In this document: piece by piece, positions 8,327 to 19,973 of the stretch | How the letters are laid out: each line of letters begins with the position of its first letter | Position numbering within the stretch: the first letter of the stretch is position 1 | DNA from: an uncultured bacterium | GTDB taxonomy: Bacteria > Oederibacteriota > PGYV01 > CAWJRG01 | DNA length: 64,000 nt | Assembly: GCA_963845185.1 (NCBI GenBank) | Contig: CAWJRG010000001.1 | Location: 64,001 to 128,000 of the forward strand | Direction: 5' to 3' | The notes under the pieces: generated by a model | Database searches by the model: none | What the model saw: only the letters and a program-made list of their open reading frames with translations | What the model was told of the DNA's origin: nothing | Program-made: the position numbers and the translations under genes

Positions 8327-11300
8327 TTACTGCTGAATAAACCTTATGCGCGCTGAGAATTTCACTATCTTTCTCTCCTTATTGCCGGTGTTATCTGTGC
8401 CTTCCACCACGCATATATATGTTCCGCTCGATACAATATTCCCTGCCACGCTTCTAAAATCCCAGTTTATATTTGCCGCAGCCAGGTCGCCGGTTAATGT
8501 CCTTACCAGTTCGCCTGCTATATTATATATCTTAAACTTAATTGTACCGCCTGCGTTCGGCTGCCATGTAAACTTCATTGGAGTTGACGTGTCCCCGTCA
8601 TACGGATTCGGTAACGCCTTCACAGTGCCGAGCACGCTTGCATTGCCTTCGTTCAATATCGTTACTGTCTTGCTCGCCTTGACGCTGTAACCCTGGTTTG
8701 TTTTCACGCCTACCTGTATTTCATATGTCCCGCTCTGCACATAATCGCCCTGCGGATTTTTTCCGTCCCATGTCACGCTCGCGTTTACCGTGTAATTTAT
8801 GATTATCGGGGGAGTGCCATTGCCTACGGCCAGCACATCCTTTACTCCCAGGGATATCGGTTCGCCGCTCGGGTTCGGCTCCAGTATAGTCTGCACAAGC
8901 TCGCCCGCGCTGTTGAAAATATTTACCTGCACATACTGGTTTTCGCCGATTATTGTTATCGGCTTTGATATCAGGTTAGTATGCCCGTATGGGTCTGTTA
9001 TGGTTGTCTTTATGTAATAAATCCCGTCTAATATCTGCTGGCCAGCGCTGTTTGTACCGTCCCAGGTAAATGACGAGCCGGTAGTTTTCTGCTGGTCCGG
9101 TGTCTCCACATTGGGCACCATTACAGTCAGCGGCGTGCCTGACCCAGGAGACATTACAGATGTCTGGTTGCCGTTCAGCAGCAAAAGCACCTGCTGGGGT
9201 TCCGCTGACGACGGCGTACTGACTATTACTTTTACCAGTTCCCCTGCCTCGTTATACACGCTTATGTTCATTATATATGGGAAAGCCACCGGAGTAATCG
9301 TAATGGTAGCCGTCTGTGTGCACGTGTATGTAAATGTTATTGACGGCGTCATGGTAATGGAAGCGGTATATGTTATCGTCATTGTGGCCGTATTAGACGC
9401 GGTCCCGGTATAAGTCCTTGTGGCTGACGCTGTGTCTGTGGTTGTCAAAGTAAGTGTTTCCGTATATGTCGGTGTCGGCGTGTATGTGAAGGTTGATGTC
9501 CTCGTATCTGTAAACGTATATGTCGGTGTCGCTGTGTTTGTGATTGTGCGTGTAGCCGTGAATGTCATTGTCGCTGTTATTGTTGGAGTGGCAGTGAAAG
9601 TGTCTGTCGGCGTCCATGTCGGGGTATATGTCGGCGTGACAGTCCAGGTATTCGTCTCGGTCGCAGTCGGCGTAGCAGTATATGTGCTTGTCGCAGTCGG
9701 CGTAAATGTGAGGGTACTTGTCTCGGTGAATGTCGCTGTTGCGGTCTTTGTGTCTGAAGCCGTAGGCGTTGCCGTAAATGTATCTGTCTCAGTCGCTGTC
9801 GGCGTGGCCGTGTATGTGAATGTTGGCGTCAGTGTGTCTGTAAACGTGCTGGTAGCGGTAAATGTGGAAGTATCCGTGCGCGTATTTGTCTGCGTCGCCG
9901 TTACAGTCCCGGTATTGGACGGCGTGGCTGTGTTTGTCACTGTCGGCGTATTTGTAAATGTGCTTGTAGCGGTAAATGTTGATGTATCAGTACGCGTATA
10001 CGTCAATGTTAGCGTATCTGTCTGTGTCGCTGTTATAGTCCCCGTATCTGACGGCGTGATTGTGTTTGTCGCTGTAGGTGAATCTGTAAATGTGCTTGTC
10101 GATGTAAATGTTGCTGTATCTGTCTTCGTGTCTGTCTGCGTGGCGCTTTGAGTCGGCGTAAAAGTGAATGTCGCTATAAAAGGCGTTCCTGTCAGTGTCA
10201 ATGTGGATGACTGTGTATATGTGGACGTGGATGTACTGGTAAGCGTATATGTCCTTGTTGCCGTATATGTCGGCGTATCTGTTGCTGTATTTGTTGCAGT
10301 AAATGTCGGTGAAGCTGTATAAGTCGGCGTATCTGTTGCAGACAGTATCACAGGCGTGTATGTCATTGTTATTGTGTATGTGGACGTCACGGTGTTTGTG
10401 GATGTAAGCGTATACGTTACGGTATATGTATACGTGAGCGTCTCGGTCCTTGTTGCCGTGAATGTCGGCGTATATGTCGCGGACAGTACCACAACTGTGA
10501 ATGTCATTGTTATTGTGTATGTCGGCGTCACTGTATCCGTGTAAGTAGCTGTGTTTGTTGATGTATAAGTAACTGTCAGCGTGCTTGTCGCTGTTATTGT
10601 TTTTGTTACCGTGTATGTCGGGGTGAAAGTCGCTGATAATATTACCACTGTATATGTCATCGTTATCGTGTAGGTTGGAGTTATTGTATTAGTATATGTC
10701 GCTGTATTCGTGCTTGTGTATGTAACTGTCTGAGTGTACGTGGATGTCGGCGATGATGTGTCTGTGCGTGTCGGCGTTGCCGTATATGTCGGTGTAAATG
10801 TCGCCGATAAAATAACCTGCGTAAAAGTCATTGTTATTGTATATGTCGGCGTTGTTGTGGTAGTAACCGTACGGGTTACAGTGGCTGTGTCAGTGAATGT
10901 AAAAGTATATGTAACCGTCTGCGTGTATGTAGGCGTCGGTGACTGCGTGACCGTGTACGTTGGCGTTGCTGTGGGTGTTGATGTCTTTGTGCTGGTTAAC
11001 GTCATTGTATATGTCGGCGTCGTTGTCAGTGTTATTGTATATGTCGGGGTAAATGTTGCCGATAAAATAACCTGAGTGAAAGTCATTGTTATTGTATATG
11101 TCGGCGTTGTTGTCATAGTAACCGTGCGTGTTACTGTGGCTGTGTCAGTGAATGTAAAAGTATATGTAACCGTCTGCGTGTATGTAGGTGTCGGTGACTG
11201 CGTGACCGTGTATGTTGGCGTTGCTGTGGGTGTTGATGTCTTTGTATCGGTCAACGTCACTGTGTATGTCGGTGTATTTGTCGTAGTTATAGTATATGTG

Positions 11301-13498
11301 GGCGTAAACGTGGCTGATAATATTACTACGGTAAAAGTCATTGTTATTGTATAAGTCGGAGTTATGGTTGCAGTAACCGTGCGTGTAACTGTAGCCGTGT
11401 CCGTGTATGTAAATGTATATGTCACTGTCTGTGTGTATGTAGGTGTCGGTGAAGCCGTGTTTGTGTATGTCGGCGTGTTTGTCCTGGTGGCTGTATATGT
11501 GAACGTTGAGGTTACAGTGTTCGTAAAAGTCACACTGGTAGTTATTGTCACTGTCGGCGTATATGTCCTTGTATCTGTGGCCGTGGCAGTGTATGTGAAG
11601 GTATATGTCACTGTCTGTGTGTAGGTAGGTGTCGGTGACTGCGTATTTGTGTATGTGGGCGTGTTTGTCCTGGTGGCAGTGTATGTCGGCGTTGTCGGTA
11701 TCGTGCTTGTAAAAGTTACGCTTGGTGTTATCGTCACCGAAGGCGTGTATGTCTTTGTGAACGTAACTGTATCGGTAAATGTATACGTATATGTCACTGT
11801 CTGCGTGTATGTATAGGTATTTGTTACTGTAACAGTATAAGTTGGCGTATTTGTCCTGGTGTCAGTGGATGTAGGTGTTGATGGTTTCGGGGTAAATGTC
11901 GGACTCGGTGTAAAGGTAAAAGTATATGTAGGTGTCGGGGTAAGCGTTGGGGTAAAAGTGTATGTGTTTGTTGGGGTAAAACTCGGAGTTGGTGTATAAG
12001 TAGGAGTATTTGTTTTCGTCGGGGTATTTGTCAAAGTATTTGTAAATGTGTTTGTCGGGGTCAACGTAAAGGTATTAGTGAATGTGTTCGTCGGGGTAAA
12101 AGTAGGAGTATTTGTTTTTGTCGGGGTACTTGTCAAAGTATTAGTGAATGTGTTAGTTGGGCTCAGAGTAAAGGTATTGGTGAATGTGTGCGTTGGGGTC
12201 AGAGTTGGAGTATTAGTAAATGTATTCGTCGGAGTGAAACTCGGTGTTGGGGTAAAGGTATTGGTATACGTGTTCGTCGGAGTATTCGTTTTAGTCGCGG
12301 TATTTGTAAAAGTATTTGTGAATGTTTTCGTCGGGCTCGGCGTCGGCGAAGGAGTATATGTATAAGTGTTGGTAAATGTGAACGTCGGTGTAAATGTATT
12401 GGTAGGGCATACATGACTGACGTTTACCGTATTCGAATTATTGGAACCGCCTGTATATGAAATGCTGGCCATATTAGGCCATGTCATGCACCAGTATTGG
12501 GACCCAAGGTAATAATTCTCGACTGTATATGTAAAATCATTGCAGGTATTACTGGCATAACCATCTGGCCATGTAAGGGCAAAATTATAAGAGCCGTTTG
12601 ATTCGTTTGGCCCCATGCTTCCATTGGATGCGCCGTATGGCCCCGAAAACTGGTCATCGGTCGAGCTGTAGCTACTCCAGTCATCCGTCAATATAACCTG
12701 GTTAGCAGTATATCCTCCTGTGTTGCATATATGCAGGACAAAAGTTACTATATCTGCCGCGTTTATTACCCCCATGTATGCGCTGCCAATCGCTGTTTTT
12801 GTTATTGTAAATTTCGGCGGCCCTGGTGTATTCACAGGATTCAAATTAAACCCCTGGCTGAAAAACATGAACTGGCATGCATCGCTCGATGCGCCGGTCG
12901 AGCTGAAAGATATTGGCATAATTCTCTGGCCCGTGGCAGGGTTCCATATATATTTACCCCACATGGAACCCGTGTCTGATATGGCACTGCCCCATGAACT
13001 TGCGCCTGTATAATTCGGGCTCCACCATGTATAACCATTTGAGTCGTTGGGAGGTACAGTAGCAGGTGAATTTGTTGATCCGCAATTGCCTGTAGTATTA
13101 TACAGCTTTGCCGTTGTGTCGCTGGCTGTATAAGCATGCTGGCCGTTGCTGCAGGTCGCGTCTACCAGCCATGTGCCCCATGTTTCGTTTGGAGCTGTGT
13201 TTTGAACCTGTACGGATATAACATTGCCTGATTCCTTTAAGAAAGAAGGGCTGAAGCTTATGCAATTGACCGAGCTTCCCGAGTCCCAGTTCACATAATC
13301 AATCACGCCTATATAATTGCCGTTTATCCATACAGTCGCTATATCATCGCTTTCTGAGCAAATCTGGGCTGCAGTGGCATTACATGCGGCATTTGCGATT
13401 GAAGGAAATAAAAAAATTGACAGGATGATAAAAAATGAAAAAAAGAATATAATACGGGAAAGGGTTGATTTAAGTAATTTCCCATCCCTGTTTTGCAT
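8327..13498 (-). CDS. Giant secreted Thr-rich surface protein, 1723 aa (beta-sandwich and DUF11-like N-terminus, T-x-T stalk, three FlgD-Ig/CTD-like domains)
   Basis: Signal peptide; about 1000 aa of alternating Thr; motifs [48 protein letters not shown]. Confidence 0.9.
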   Translation of the reverse strand: MQNRDGKLLKSTLSRIIFFFSFFIILSIFLFPSIANAACNATAAQICSESDDIATVWINGNYIGVIDYVNWDSGSSVNCISFSPSFLKESGNVISVQVQNTAPNETWGTWLVDATCSNGQHAYTASDTTAKLYNTTGNCGSTNSPATVPPNDSNGYTWWSPNYTGASSWGSAISDTGSMWGKYIWNPATGQRIMPISFSSTGASSDACQFMFFSQGFNLNPVNTPGPPKFTITKTAIGSAYMGVINAADIVTFVLHICNTGGYTANQVILTDDWSSYSSTDDQFSGPYGASNGSMGPNESNGSYNFALTWPDGYASNTCNDFTYTVENYYLGSQYWCMTWPNMASISYTGGSNNSNTVNVSHVCPTNTFTPTFTFTNTYTYTPSPTPSPTKTFTNTFTNTATKTNTPTNTYTNTFTPTPSFTPTNTFTNTPTLTPTHTFTNTFTLSPTNTFTNTLTSTPTKTNTPTFTPTNTFTNTFTLTPTNTFTNTLTNTPTKTNTPTYTPTPSFTPTNTYTFTPTLTPTPTYTFTFTPSPTFTPKPSTPTSTDTRTNTPTYTVTVTNTYTYTQTVTYTYTFTDTVTFTKTYTPSVTITPSVTFTSTIPTTPTYTATRTNTPTYTNTQSPTPTYTQTVTYTFTYTATATDTRTYTPTVTITTSVTFTNTVTSTFTYTATRTNTPTYTNTASPTPTYTQTVTYTFTYTDTATVTRTVTATITPTYTITMTFTVVILSATFTPTYTITTTNTPTYTVTLTDTKTSTPTATPTYTVTQSPTPTYTQTVTYTFTFTDTATVTRTVTMTTTPTYTITMTFTQVILSATFTPTYTITLTTTPTYTMTLTSTKTSTPTATPTYTVTQSPTPTYTQTVTYTFTFTDTATVTRTVTTTTTPTYTITMTFTQVILSATFTPTYTATPTRTDTSSPTSTYTQTVTYTSTNTATYTNTITPTYTITMTYTVVILSATFTPTYTVTKTITATSTLTVTYTSTNTATYTDTVTPTYTITMTFTVVVLSATYTPTFTATRTETLTYTYTVTYTLTSTNTVTSTYTITMTYTPVILSATDTPTYTASPTFTATNTATDTPTYTATRTYTLTSTSTSTYTQSSTLTLTGTPFIATFTFTPTQSATQTDTKTDTATFTSTSTFTDSPTATNTITPSDTGTITATQTDTLTLTYTRTDTSTFTATSTFTNTPTVTNTATPSNTGTVTATQTNTRTDTSTFTATSTFTDTLTPTFTYTATPTATETDTFTATPTASDTKTATATFTETSTLTFTPTATSTYTATPTATETNTWTVTPTYTPTWTPTDTFTATPTITATMTFTATRTITNTATPTYTFTDTRTSTFTYTPTPTYTETLTLTTTDTASATRTYTGTASNTATMTITYTASITMTPSITFTYTCTQTATITITPVAFPYIMNISVYNEAGELVKVIVSTPSSAEPQQVLLLLNGNQTSVMSPGSGTPLTVMVPNVETPDQQKTTGSSFTWDGTNSAGQQILDGIYYIKTTITDPYGHTNLISKPITIIGENQYVQVNIFNSAGELVQTILEPNPSGEPISLGVKDVLAVGNGTPPIIINYTVNASVTWDGKNPQGDYVQSGTYEIQVGVKTNQGYSVKASKTVTILNEGNASVLGTVKALPNPYDGDTSTPMKFTWQPNAGGTIKFKIYNIAGELVRTLTGDLAAANINWDFRSVAGNIVSSGTYICVVEGTDNTGNKERKIVKFSARIRFIQQ

Positions 13499-13606
13499 TA
13501 AATTTCACCGCCGTTAAATTTGTTAACTACCCGCCTTAATTTCGTTTCTTCTTTCAACGCACTCTGCATTATTATCATCTATTATATATGGTATTTCTTA
13601 ATTATA

Positions 13607-13634
13607 TTAGACAACTAAAGACTCATTTAGTTTC
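13607..13634 (-). promoter_or_regulatory. Putative ECF sigma promoter GAAACT-N16-GTCTAA
   Basis: Same motif and spacing as 5471-5498. Confidence 0.65.
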
Positions 13635-14083
13635 GCACTATTTTCATTTAATTTTGTTTGATTTTATTAATAATATTATAATTTATATTTGAATAATTAT
13701 CAAGTTTTTATATGGTGAAACTATATTTTGATTATACTAGAGCCCCACGGGCAAACAGACTGTGTCATAATGTTTTTGTAGTCTGAAACGATATTTGACA
13801 GATAAAAAATGGTATAATGTCTCCAGAAAACACATCAGAAAAGGAGACAAAAATGGCATACCGATATGGAGACCGAAGTCAGTTGACAATGTTTCCGCAG
13901 AGCATAGAAGAATATGTAGGGGAAGATGATCCTGTAAGGGCGTACGACGCGTTCGTAAAGGCGTTGAAAATGGAAGAACTTGGGATAGTAATAGATGAAA
14001 CGCAAATGGGAAATTCGGAATACGACCCTGAGGCTATGATAAAATTGCTGGCGGAGTTTTTCAGCTTAATTGACCTCAAACCG

Positions 14084-15085
14084 TCACCCAATCACTACTT
14101 GAAGCTTGGAAGCCCTGAAAGCCTCCAACCTTATAATGTTTGCAGTGATCAGGTTGTTCTTTCTCTGGCTTAAAATCACCTCCATTTTTCCCGCGAACGC
14201 CTCAGCCGGTGTAACATAATGTAGCGAGCTATGAGGATCGTTGTTATGCAGTGGTTTAAATTTTTCTAACCAGTCCAGTACATCTGAAACCGTTGGAAAG
14301 ACAGCCGGCACATCCCTGTGATACTTCGAGTTTTTATTCAGGGCCTCAATCCATGGTTCGTCATCCGGCGTGTTTGGGCGTCCGTAGCGTACAGGAATTT
14401 TTAGCACATCTTCCAGGAAGGCAACAGTCTTTTTGGCTTTCATAGCAGATCCGCGGTCTGAAAAAGCCACTATGTTGTCAGGAAAGTCATCCGGCAGTTC
14501 AAGTATGGCTTGAGCAACGGCATCCCGTAAATCCGCTGAACTGACGCCGCGTAAACTGTGTCCGATATGCAGCAGATACCTGTAAGGCAGAAGCAGAACC
14601 GGTATGGACCAAACAGTTACGCCGGACTCGGTTTTGAAGCATGAACCGTCATAGGTCAAAAGGGAAAATCCAGCATCCAAAAGATCGTGAGCCGAAACAT
14701 GATTAGATTTCCGTTTTTTGGGTTCGAATGGTTTTACGAGATCTTCGGCTTTTAGATACCTGTATACAGTCGATAGAGAAGCATGAAAAGCGCCTGAATT
14801 ATGGCCATATACGTAAATATGGCTCAATGGCTTGCCTATATTTTCAGGTCTAAAGGCAGAGTCAATAATCGATGTCTTTTCAAACGGCAACAGTTTGTTA
14901 CATGCCGTTCTTGGCGTTCTCTTTTTTAGTTTAGCCCAGCGTCTGAATTTTCTGGCGTCTATGTCAAAGATCAAACAAGCTCTTTTCTGCGTGAAACCGG
15001 ATAGTACGGCTTCGTTTATAGTGATAACAACTATCTGCCTAACTTGGGCCGGATAGTGCCCCTTCAAAGGACCCTTGAGACTCAA
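14084..15085 (-). CDS. Transposase OrfB (DDE/integrase core)
   Basis: TYDGS..FSDRGSAM..PDDEPWIEALNK DDE-like triad; HSSLHYVTPAE tail typical of rve-domain transposases. Confidence 0.85.
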   Translation of the reverse strand: MSLKGPLKGHYPAQVRQIVVITINEAVLSGFTQKRACLIFDIDARKFRRWAKLKKRTPRTACNKLLPFEKTSIIDSAFRPENIGKPLSHIYVYGHNSGAFHASLSTVYRYLKAEDLVKPFEPKKRKSNHVSAHDLLDAGFSLLTYDGSCFKTESGVTVWSIPVLLLPYRYLLHIGHSLRGVSSADLRDAVAQAILELPDDFPDNIVAFSDRGSAMKAKKTVAFLEDVLKIPVRYGRPNTPDDEPWIEALNKNSKYHRDVPAVFPTVSDVLDWLEKFKPLHNNDPHSSLHYVTPAEAFAGKMEVILSQRKNNLITANIIRLEAFRASKLQVVIG

Positions 15086-15414
15086 CTCATCTTTTTTTTT
15101 AACAACGCAAGCTCATGCCCGACAGCAGCCAGCGCGTCCTTTGTTTGAGAAAGTTCCTTATCCACTTGAGCAAGGCTTTCTACGGGAACCATGGACTTCT
15201 TTCTGCCGGATTTTGCCGGATTCGATAGTTCTGACAGGGCAGCTTGCTTGATTCTCTTACGCAAGGCAATAAGATGCCACGGTTTAAGCCCGCACCGTTC
15301 CAGGATGGCTTTTACTGGCGCGTTGGGTAAGGAACATTCCTGATAAATATCAAAAAGTTGTTCTGGGGTTAACTTTGGTTTCTTCAATCCGTTATTCTGT
15401 TGGTTGTCAGTCAT
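15082..15414 (-). CDS. Transposase OrfA (HTH plus coiled coil)
   Basis: 110 aa ending ELALLKKKMS on an A9G slippery run that overlaps orfB in the -1 frame. Confidence 0.8.
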   Translation of the reverse strand: MTDNQQNNGLKKPKLTPEQLFDIYQECSLPNAPVKAILERCGLKPWHLIALRKRIKQAALSELSNPAKSGRKKSMVPVESLAQVDKELSQTKDALAAVGHELALLKKKMS

Positions 15415-16984
15415 TTGTCACTCTCCTCGATGAAAGTATACATAAAAATTTGCTTTATGCAAACCCTTACGTTTGGTACAATTAATTAACTGATACAAGT
15501 AGTCAATTCTTTTTGAGTTTGAGGACACTATCGCTGAAAAACGCGGCTGGTATACGGATATTCATACGGGACACGAAGTTCGAGAAAACTGGAAAGAGCG
15601 ACGCATCATAATGTGTCTTTTATGTGGCTGCTGGGAGGATTGAAGCCGGATCATAAAACAATAGCAAGGTTTCGAAAAGACAACCGGGAAATGTTGAAAA
15701 ACGTGATGAAACAAAGCGCAAAGATGTGTATGAAACTGGGATTGATAGAAGGAAACACGCTATTTGTAGACGGGAGCAAGATAAGGGCGAACGCGTCGAT
15801 AAATAACACATGGACAATGGAGCGGTGTGAAAAAAGGATAAAGAAGATAGAAGAAAACATAGAAGCGATAATAAAGGAGAGCGAAAAGATAGACGAGGAA
15901 GAAAGCGGCGCTGAATCACTGGTAAAGATGAAGGAAAAATTAAGAGGCAAAGAGAAATTAAAAGCAAAGATAAAAGAGGTAATGGAAGAAATAAGGAACG
16001 AGGGGAAAAAGTCGATAAATACGACAGACAAGGAATGCGTGAAAGTAAAAGGGCGTCAGGGAACGCATGCGGGATATAACGGGCAGATAGTGGTAGATGA
16101 AAGACACGGACTGATAGTGCATAGCGACGTAGTAAACGAAAGCAATGACCGCAAGCAATTCGGGAGTCAGATTGAAGAAGCGGCGAAAACAGTTGAAAAC
16201 AAATGCAAAAATGCGTGTGGGGATGCCGGATATGCCAGCATAGAAGAAATGAAAAAGATACACGACAAAGACATAAATGTAATAGTACCTTCTCAGGAAC
16301 AGGTAGAGAAAAAAGACATCGGGCCGTTTGGGAAAGATAAATTCCAATACGATTCAGAGAAAGATACCTACACTTGTCCCGAAGGACAGATATTGACATG
16401 GCATAGTTTTGATAAAAAAAAGAATCTTGAAGTATATAGGTCTACTGAAGAAAAGGCTTGTATAGAATGTAAAAACTTTGGAGTATGCACCCGGTCTCCG
16501 AAGGGCAGAATGATAAAGAGGCTAAAAAACGAAGAACTAAAAATATTGCTTGAAGAAAAATATAAAACAAAAGAATCGCAGGATATTTTCAAGTTGAGAA
16601 AAGAGAAAGCAGAGTTGCCGTTCGGACATATTAAAAGAAATCTTGGAGTAAGCGGGTTTCTGCTGCGAGGGCTTGAAGGAGCAAGAGCTGAGATGGCGTT
16701 GTTCACAAGTTGTTTCAATATGGCTCGAATGATAAGCATTGTAGGTGTCAGGGAGTTGATTGCGCAGCTTGGATAGCAAGAAACATCGGGCCACGCAGGT
16801 TTTTTGTATAAAACAGGATATTTTGTAGATTTTTTAATTTACCTACGGCAATCAGCTGTGGACGGAGACTTATGACACAGTCTGTTTGCCCGTGGTACCA
16901 GTTAACAACACACGGCTCGACATCGTCTCGCCGTGAAGTACTAACTAAATACACTGTTGCTCTCAAATACATATAATATGCGAC

Positions 16985-17049
16985 GTCCGCCGAAGCAGAA
17001 CGCATTCAACCACGTGCATAGCACGTAGTGTTCTGCGCAGGTGGATAAA
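16985..17049. repeat. REP/MITE-like nested palindrome
   Basis: TCCGCC..GCAGAAC..ACGTGC-ATA-GCACGT..GTTCTGC..GGTGGA nested stems. Confidence 0.55.
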
Positions 17050-17819
17050 CCCGAAAATTCCGGCAATGCTAAATTATATAATTTACTCTTTGAAAACACA
17101 GGTTATTTCCTTTTTATGCCTTGAAAATTTATTTATATTTATGTAAACTTTTATCAAGGTAGTTTACGTCTAAATTTACAGTATTAATAAGCAAAAATCT
17201 TTTTTGTGTATGAAAAAATATAAATTCAACACGGAGGTTGAAAATGAAAAGAATTGTTTTAATTTGTCTTTTTATGGCTTTTGCGTCTGCTTCCCTGCTT
17301 TATGCTGGCGGTTACTACACCACGCTCGTTGGCGGCTACACCACGGCTTCAATGTCGCAGGTTAATTCGGATATTATCGGCAATGGATCCGGCCCTGGTG
17401 TCACGAACATACAGCTTGGCAGCGGTATGTATTTTGGTGTTGACGGAATGTTGATGTCTCAGGAAGGGCTCGGCTTGCACTTGAGAGCAGAATATGTTTA
17501 CATCTCCCCGGGCGAAATAAAATATGCAAATGGCACTCCTGACGGTAATTATCAATACGCTGATGCGCAGGTTTCGCCTTATATGATACCTCTCCTGCTT
17601 GGGCTTTCATACACATTTCACAGCAAGGGTGACAGGTTTTCGTTAACAGCAGGCATTTACGGCGGTATCACCGACGCTTATCTTGATTATTATCAGCACA
17701 CCATTGACTCATCAGGAAACGACTCCATGTACGATCTGCTCTTTGAGAGCTGGGGTTTCTGCGCCGAAGGCGCAGTTAGTTTAAATTACTGGTTTACTCA
17801 ACATTTTTCCTTCGGCCTT

Positions 17820-19449
17820 CAGACTGTGTCATAAGTCTCCGTCCACAGCTGATTGCCGTAGGTAAATTAAAAAATCTACAAAATATCCTGTTTTATACAA
17901 AAAACCTGCGTGGCCCGATGTTTCTTGCTATCCAAGCTGCGCAATCAACTCCCTGACACCTACAATGCTTATCATTCGAGCCATATTGAAACAACTTGTG
18001 AACAACGCCATCTCAGCTCTTGCTCCTTCAAGCCCTCGCAGCAGAAACCCGCTTACTCCAAGATTTCTTTTAATATGTCCGAACGGCAACTCTGCTTTCT
18101 CTTTTCTCAACTTGAAAATATCCTGCGATTCTTTTGTTTTATATTTTTCTTCAAGCAATATTTTTAGTTCTTCGTTTTTTAGCCTCTTTATCATTCTGCC
18201 CTTCGGAGACCGGGTGCATACTCCAAAGTTTTTACATTCTATACAAGCCTTTTCTTCAGTAGACCTATATACTTCAAGATTCTTTTTTTTATCAAAACTA
18301 TGCCATGTCAATATCTGTCCTTCGGGACAAGTGTAGGTATCTTTCTCTGAATCGTATTGGAATTTATTTTTCCCAAACGGCCCGATGTCTTTTTTCTCTA
18401 CCTGTTCCTGAGAAGGTACTATTACATTTATGTCTTTGTCGTGTATCTTTTTCATTTCTTCTATGCTGGCATATCCGGCATCCCCACACGCATTTTTGCA
18501 TTTGTTTTCAACTGTTTTCGCCGCTTCTTCAATCTGACTCCCGAATTGCTTGCGGTCATTGCTTTCGTTTACTACGTCGCTATGCACTATCAGTCCGTGT
18601 CTTTCATCTACCACTATCTGCCCGTTATATCCCGCATGCGTTCCCTGACGCCCTTTTACTTTCACGCATTCCTTGTCTGTCGTATTTATCGACTTTTTCC
18701 CCTCGTTCCTTATTTCTTCCATTACCTCTTTTATCTTTGCTTTTAATTTCTCTTTGCCTCTTAATTTTTCCTTCATCTTTACCAGTGATTCAGCGCCGCT
18801 TTCTTCCTCGTCTATCTTTTCGCTCTCCTTTATTATCGCTTCTATGTTTTCTTCTATCTTCTTTATCCTTTTTTCACACCGCTCCATTGTCCATGTGTTA
18901 TTTATCGACGCGTTCGCCCTTATCTTGCTCCCGTCTACAAATAGCGTGTTTCCTTCTATCAATCCCAGTTTCATACACATCTTTGCGCTTTGTTTCATCA
19001 CGTTTTTCAACATTTCCCGGTTGTCTTTTCGAAACCTTGCTATTGTTTTATGATCCGGCTTCAATCCTCCCAGCAGCCACATAAAAGACACATTATGATG
19101 CGTCGCTCTTTCCAGTTTTCTCGAACTTCGTGTCCCGTATGAATATCCGTATACCAGCAATTTTATCATAGCCTCAGGGTCGTATTCCGAATTTCCCATT
19201 TGCGTTTCATCTATTACTATCCCAAGTTCTTCCATTTTCAACGCCTTTACGAACGCGTCGTACGCCCTTACAGGATCATCTTCCCCTACATATTCTTCTA
19301 TGCTCTGCGGAAACATTGTCAACTGACTTCGGTCTCCATATCGGTATGCCATTTTTGTCTCCTTTTCTGATGTGTTTTCTGGAGACATTATACCATTTTT
19401 TATCTGTCAAATATCGTTTCAGACTACAAAAACATTATGACACAGTCTG
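17820..19449 (-). mobile_element. IS1182-family element, copy 2 (intact, 1630 bp)
   Basis: Same IRs as copy 1; 3-bp target duplication CTT. Confidence 0.95.
17928..19352 (-). CDS. IS1182-family transposase
   Basis: YDPEAMIKLLVYGY..SSRKLE..PDHKTIARFR, VDGSKIRANAS, DAGY, YTCPEG, ELPFGHIKRNLG; start at MAYRYG after AAGGAGA. Confidence 0.93.
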   Translation of the reverse strand: MAYRYGDRSQLTMFPQSIEEYVGEDDPVRAYDAFVKALKMEELGIVIDETQMGNSEYDPEAMIKLLVYGYSYGTRSSRKLERATHHNVSFMWLLGGLKPDHKTIARFRKDNREMLKNVMKQSAKMCMKLGLIEGNTLFVDGSKIRANASINNTWTMERCEKRIKKIEENIEAIIKESEKIDEEESGAESLVKMKEKLRGKEKLKAKIKEVMEEIRNEGKKSINTTDKECVKVKGRQGTHAGYNGQIVVDERHGLIVHSDVVNESNDRKQFGSQIEEAAKTVENKCKNACGDAGYASIEEMKKIHDKDINVIVPSQEQVEKKDIGPFGKNKFQYDSEKDTYTCPEGQILTWHSFDKKKNLEVYRSTEEKACIECKNFGVCTRSPKGRMIKRLKNEELKILLEEKYKTKESQDIFKLRKEKAELPFGHIKRNLGVSGFLLRGLEGARAEMALFTSCFNMARMISIVGVRELIAQLG

Positions 19450-19700
19450 CTTGATTTGGGTTACAGGTTTGCCAATATATCAAGGGTGACGTCTGTTGCC
19501 ACTGTTTACGATAGTCAAAATAATTTTGTGGTTGACCAGGGCGCCGGGACGGATAGTATTTCGATCTCCGGGGGTAATGTCCCTGTTGATTTTTCCGGCT
19601 TGACAATCGGGATTAATTTCGTTTATCACTTCCGTGGTTTGGCGGTAGAAGAATAATAAAAACGCAGGCCCGTTTCTGGCCCCTGACGGTTTGCTAAACA

Positions 19701-19737
19701 AATAAAAAAGCGAGGACTAAATCCTCGCTTTTTTATT
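19701..19737. terminator. Bidirectional intrinsic terminator
   Basis: AATAAAAAAGCGAGGA-CTAAA-TCCTCGCTTTTTTATT between convergent genes. Confidence 0.85.
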
Positions 19738-19973
19738 TTATGGCGGGCTGACAAGGACAAGACACAAAACCTTTTGGAGCAGTTAATTGAGTGGCTCAAA
19801 ACCGATGAACCTCTTATACTTTTTGATGAAATAAAATATTATAATTTGATTACTTATTAATAAATATATATTTGGATTTGACCGGATGTCGCTCTTCACC
19901 ATTATTTTGTTTTCTTTCCCGCCTGCTGAATCTGATTGTACAAATTTACAGGCTGCGGATTGTTGCCGTTGAT

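Larger units (their letters stand above)
14052..15546 (-). mobile_element. IS3-like insertion sequence (about 1.5 kb) nested in IS1182
   Basis: Target duplication (G)CTGG; imperfect IRs CGGAGTTTTTCAGC / GCTGAAAAACGCGG; orfA/orfB layout. Confidence 0.88.
13853..16776 (+). pseudogene. IS1182 transposase split by the IS3-like insertion (13853-14051 joined to 15551-16776)
   Basis: MAYRYGDRSQ..AMIKLL then VYGYSYGTRSSRKLE.. resumes after the insert; matches intact copy 2. Confidence 0.9.
13756..16884 (+). mobile_element. IS1182-family element, copy 1 (interrupted by a nested IS)
   Basis: Terminal IRs CAGACTGTGTCATAA / TTATGACACAGTCTG; near-identical to 17820..19449. Confidence 0.92.
17238..19656 (+). 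pseudogene. Outer-membrane beta-barrel protein disrupted by IS1182 copy 2
   Basis: Signal peptide and alternating beta-strand pattern; removing the IS and one CTT restores ..FSFGL-DLGYRFANIS..GLTIGINFVYHF.. Confidence 0.85.

Noticed and set aside
426..12460. Long Val-rich plus-strand ORFs (e.g. 426..2537, 9420..10151)
   Set aside because: Antisense shadows of ACN-rich Thr repeats on the minus strand; no RBS or protein-like composition
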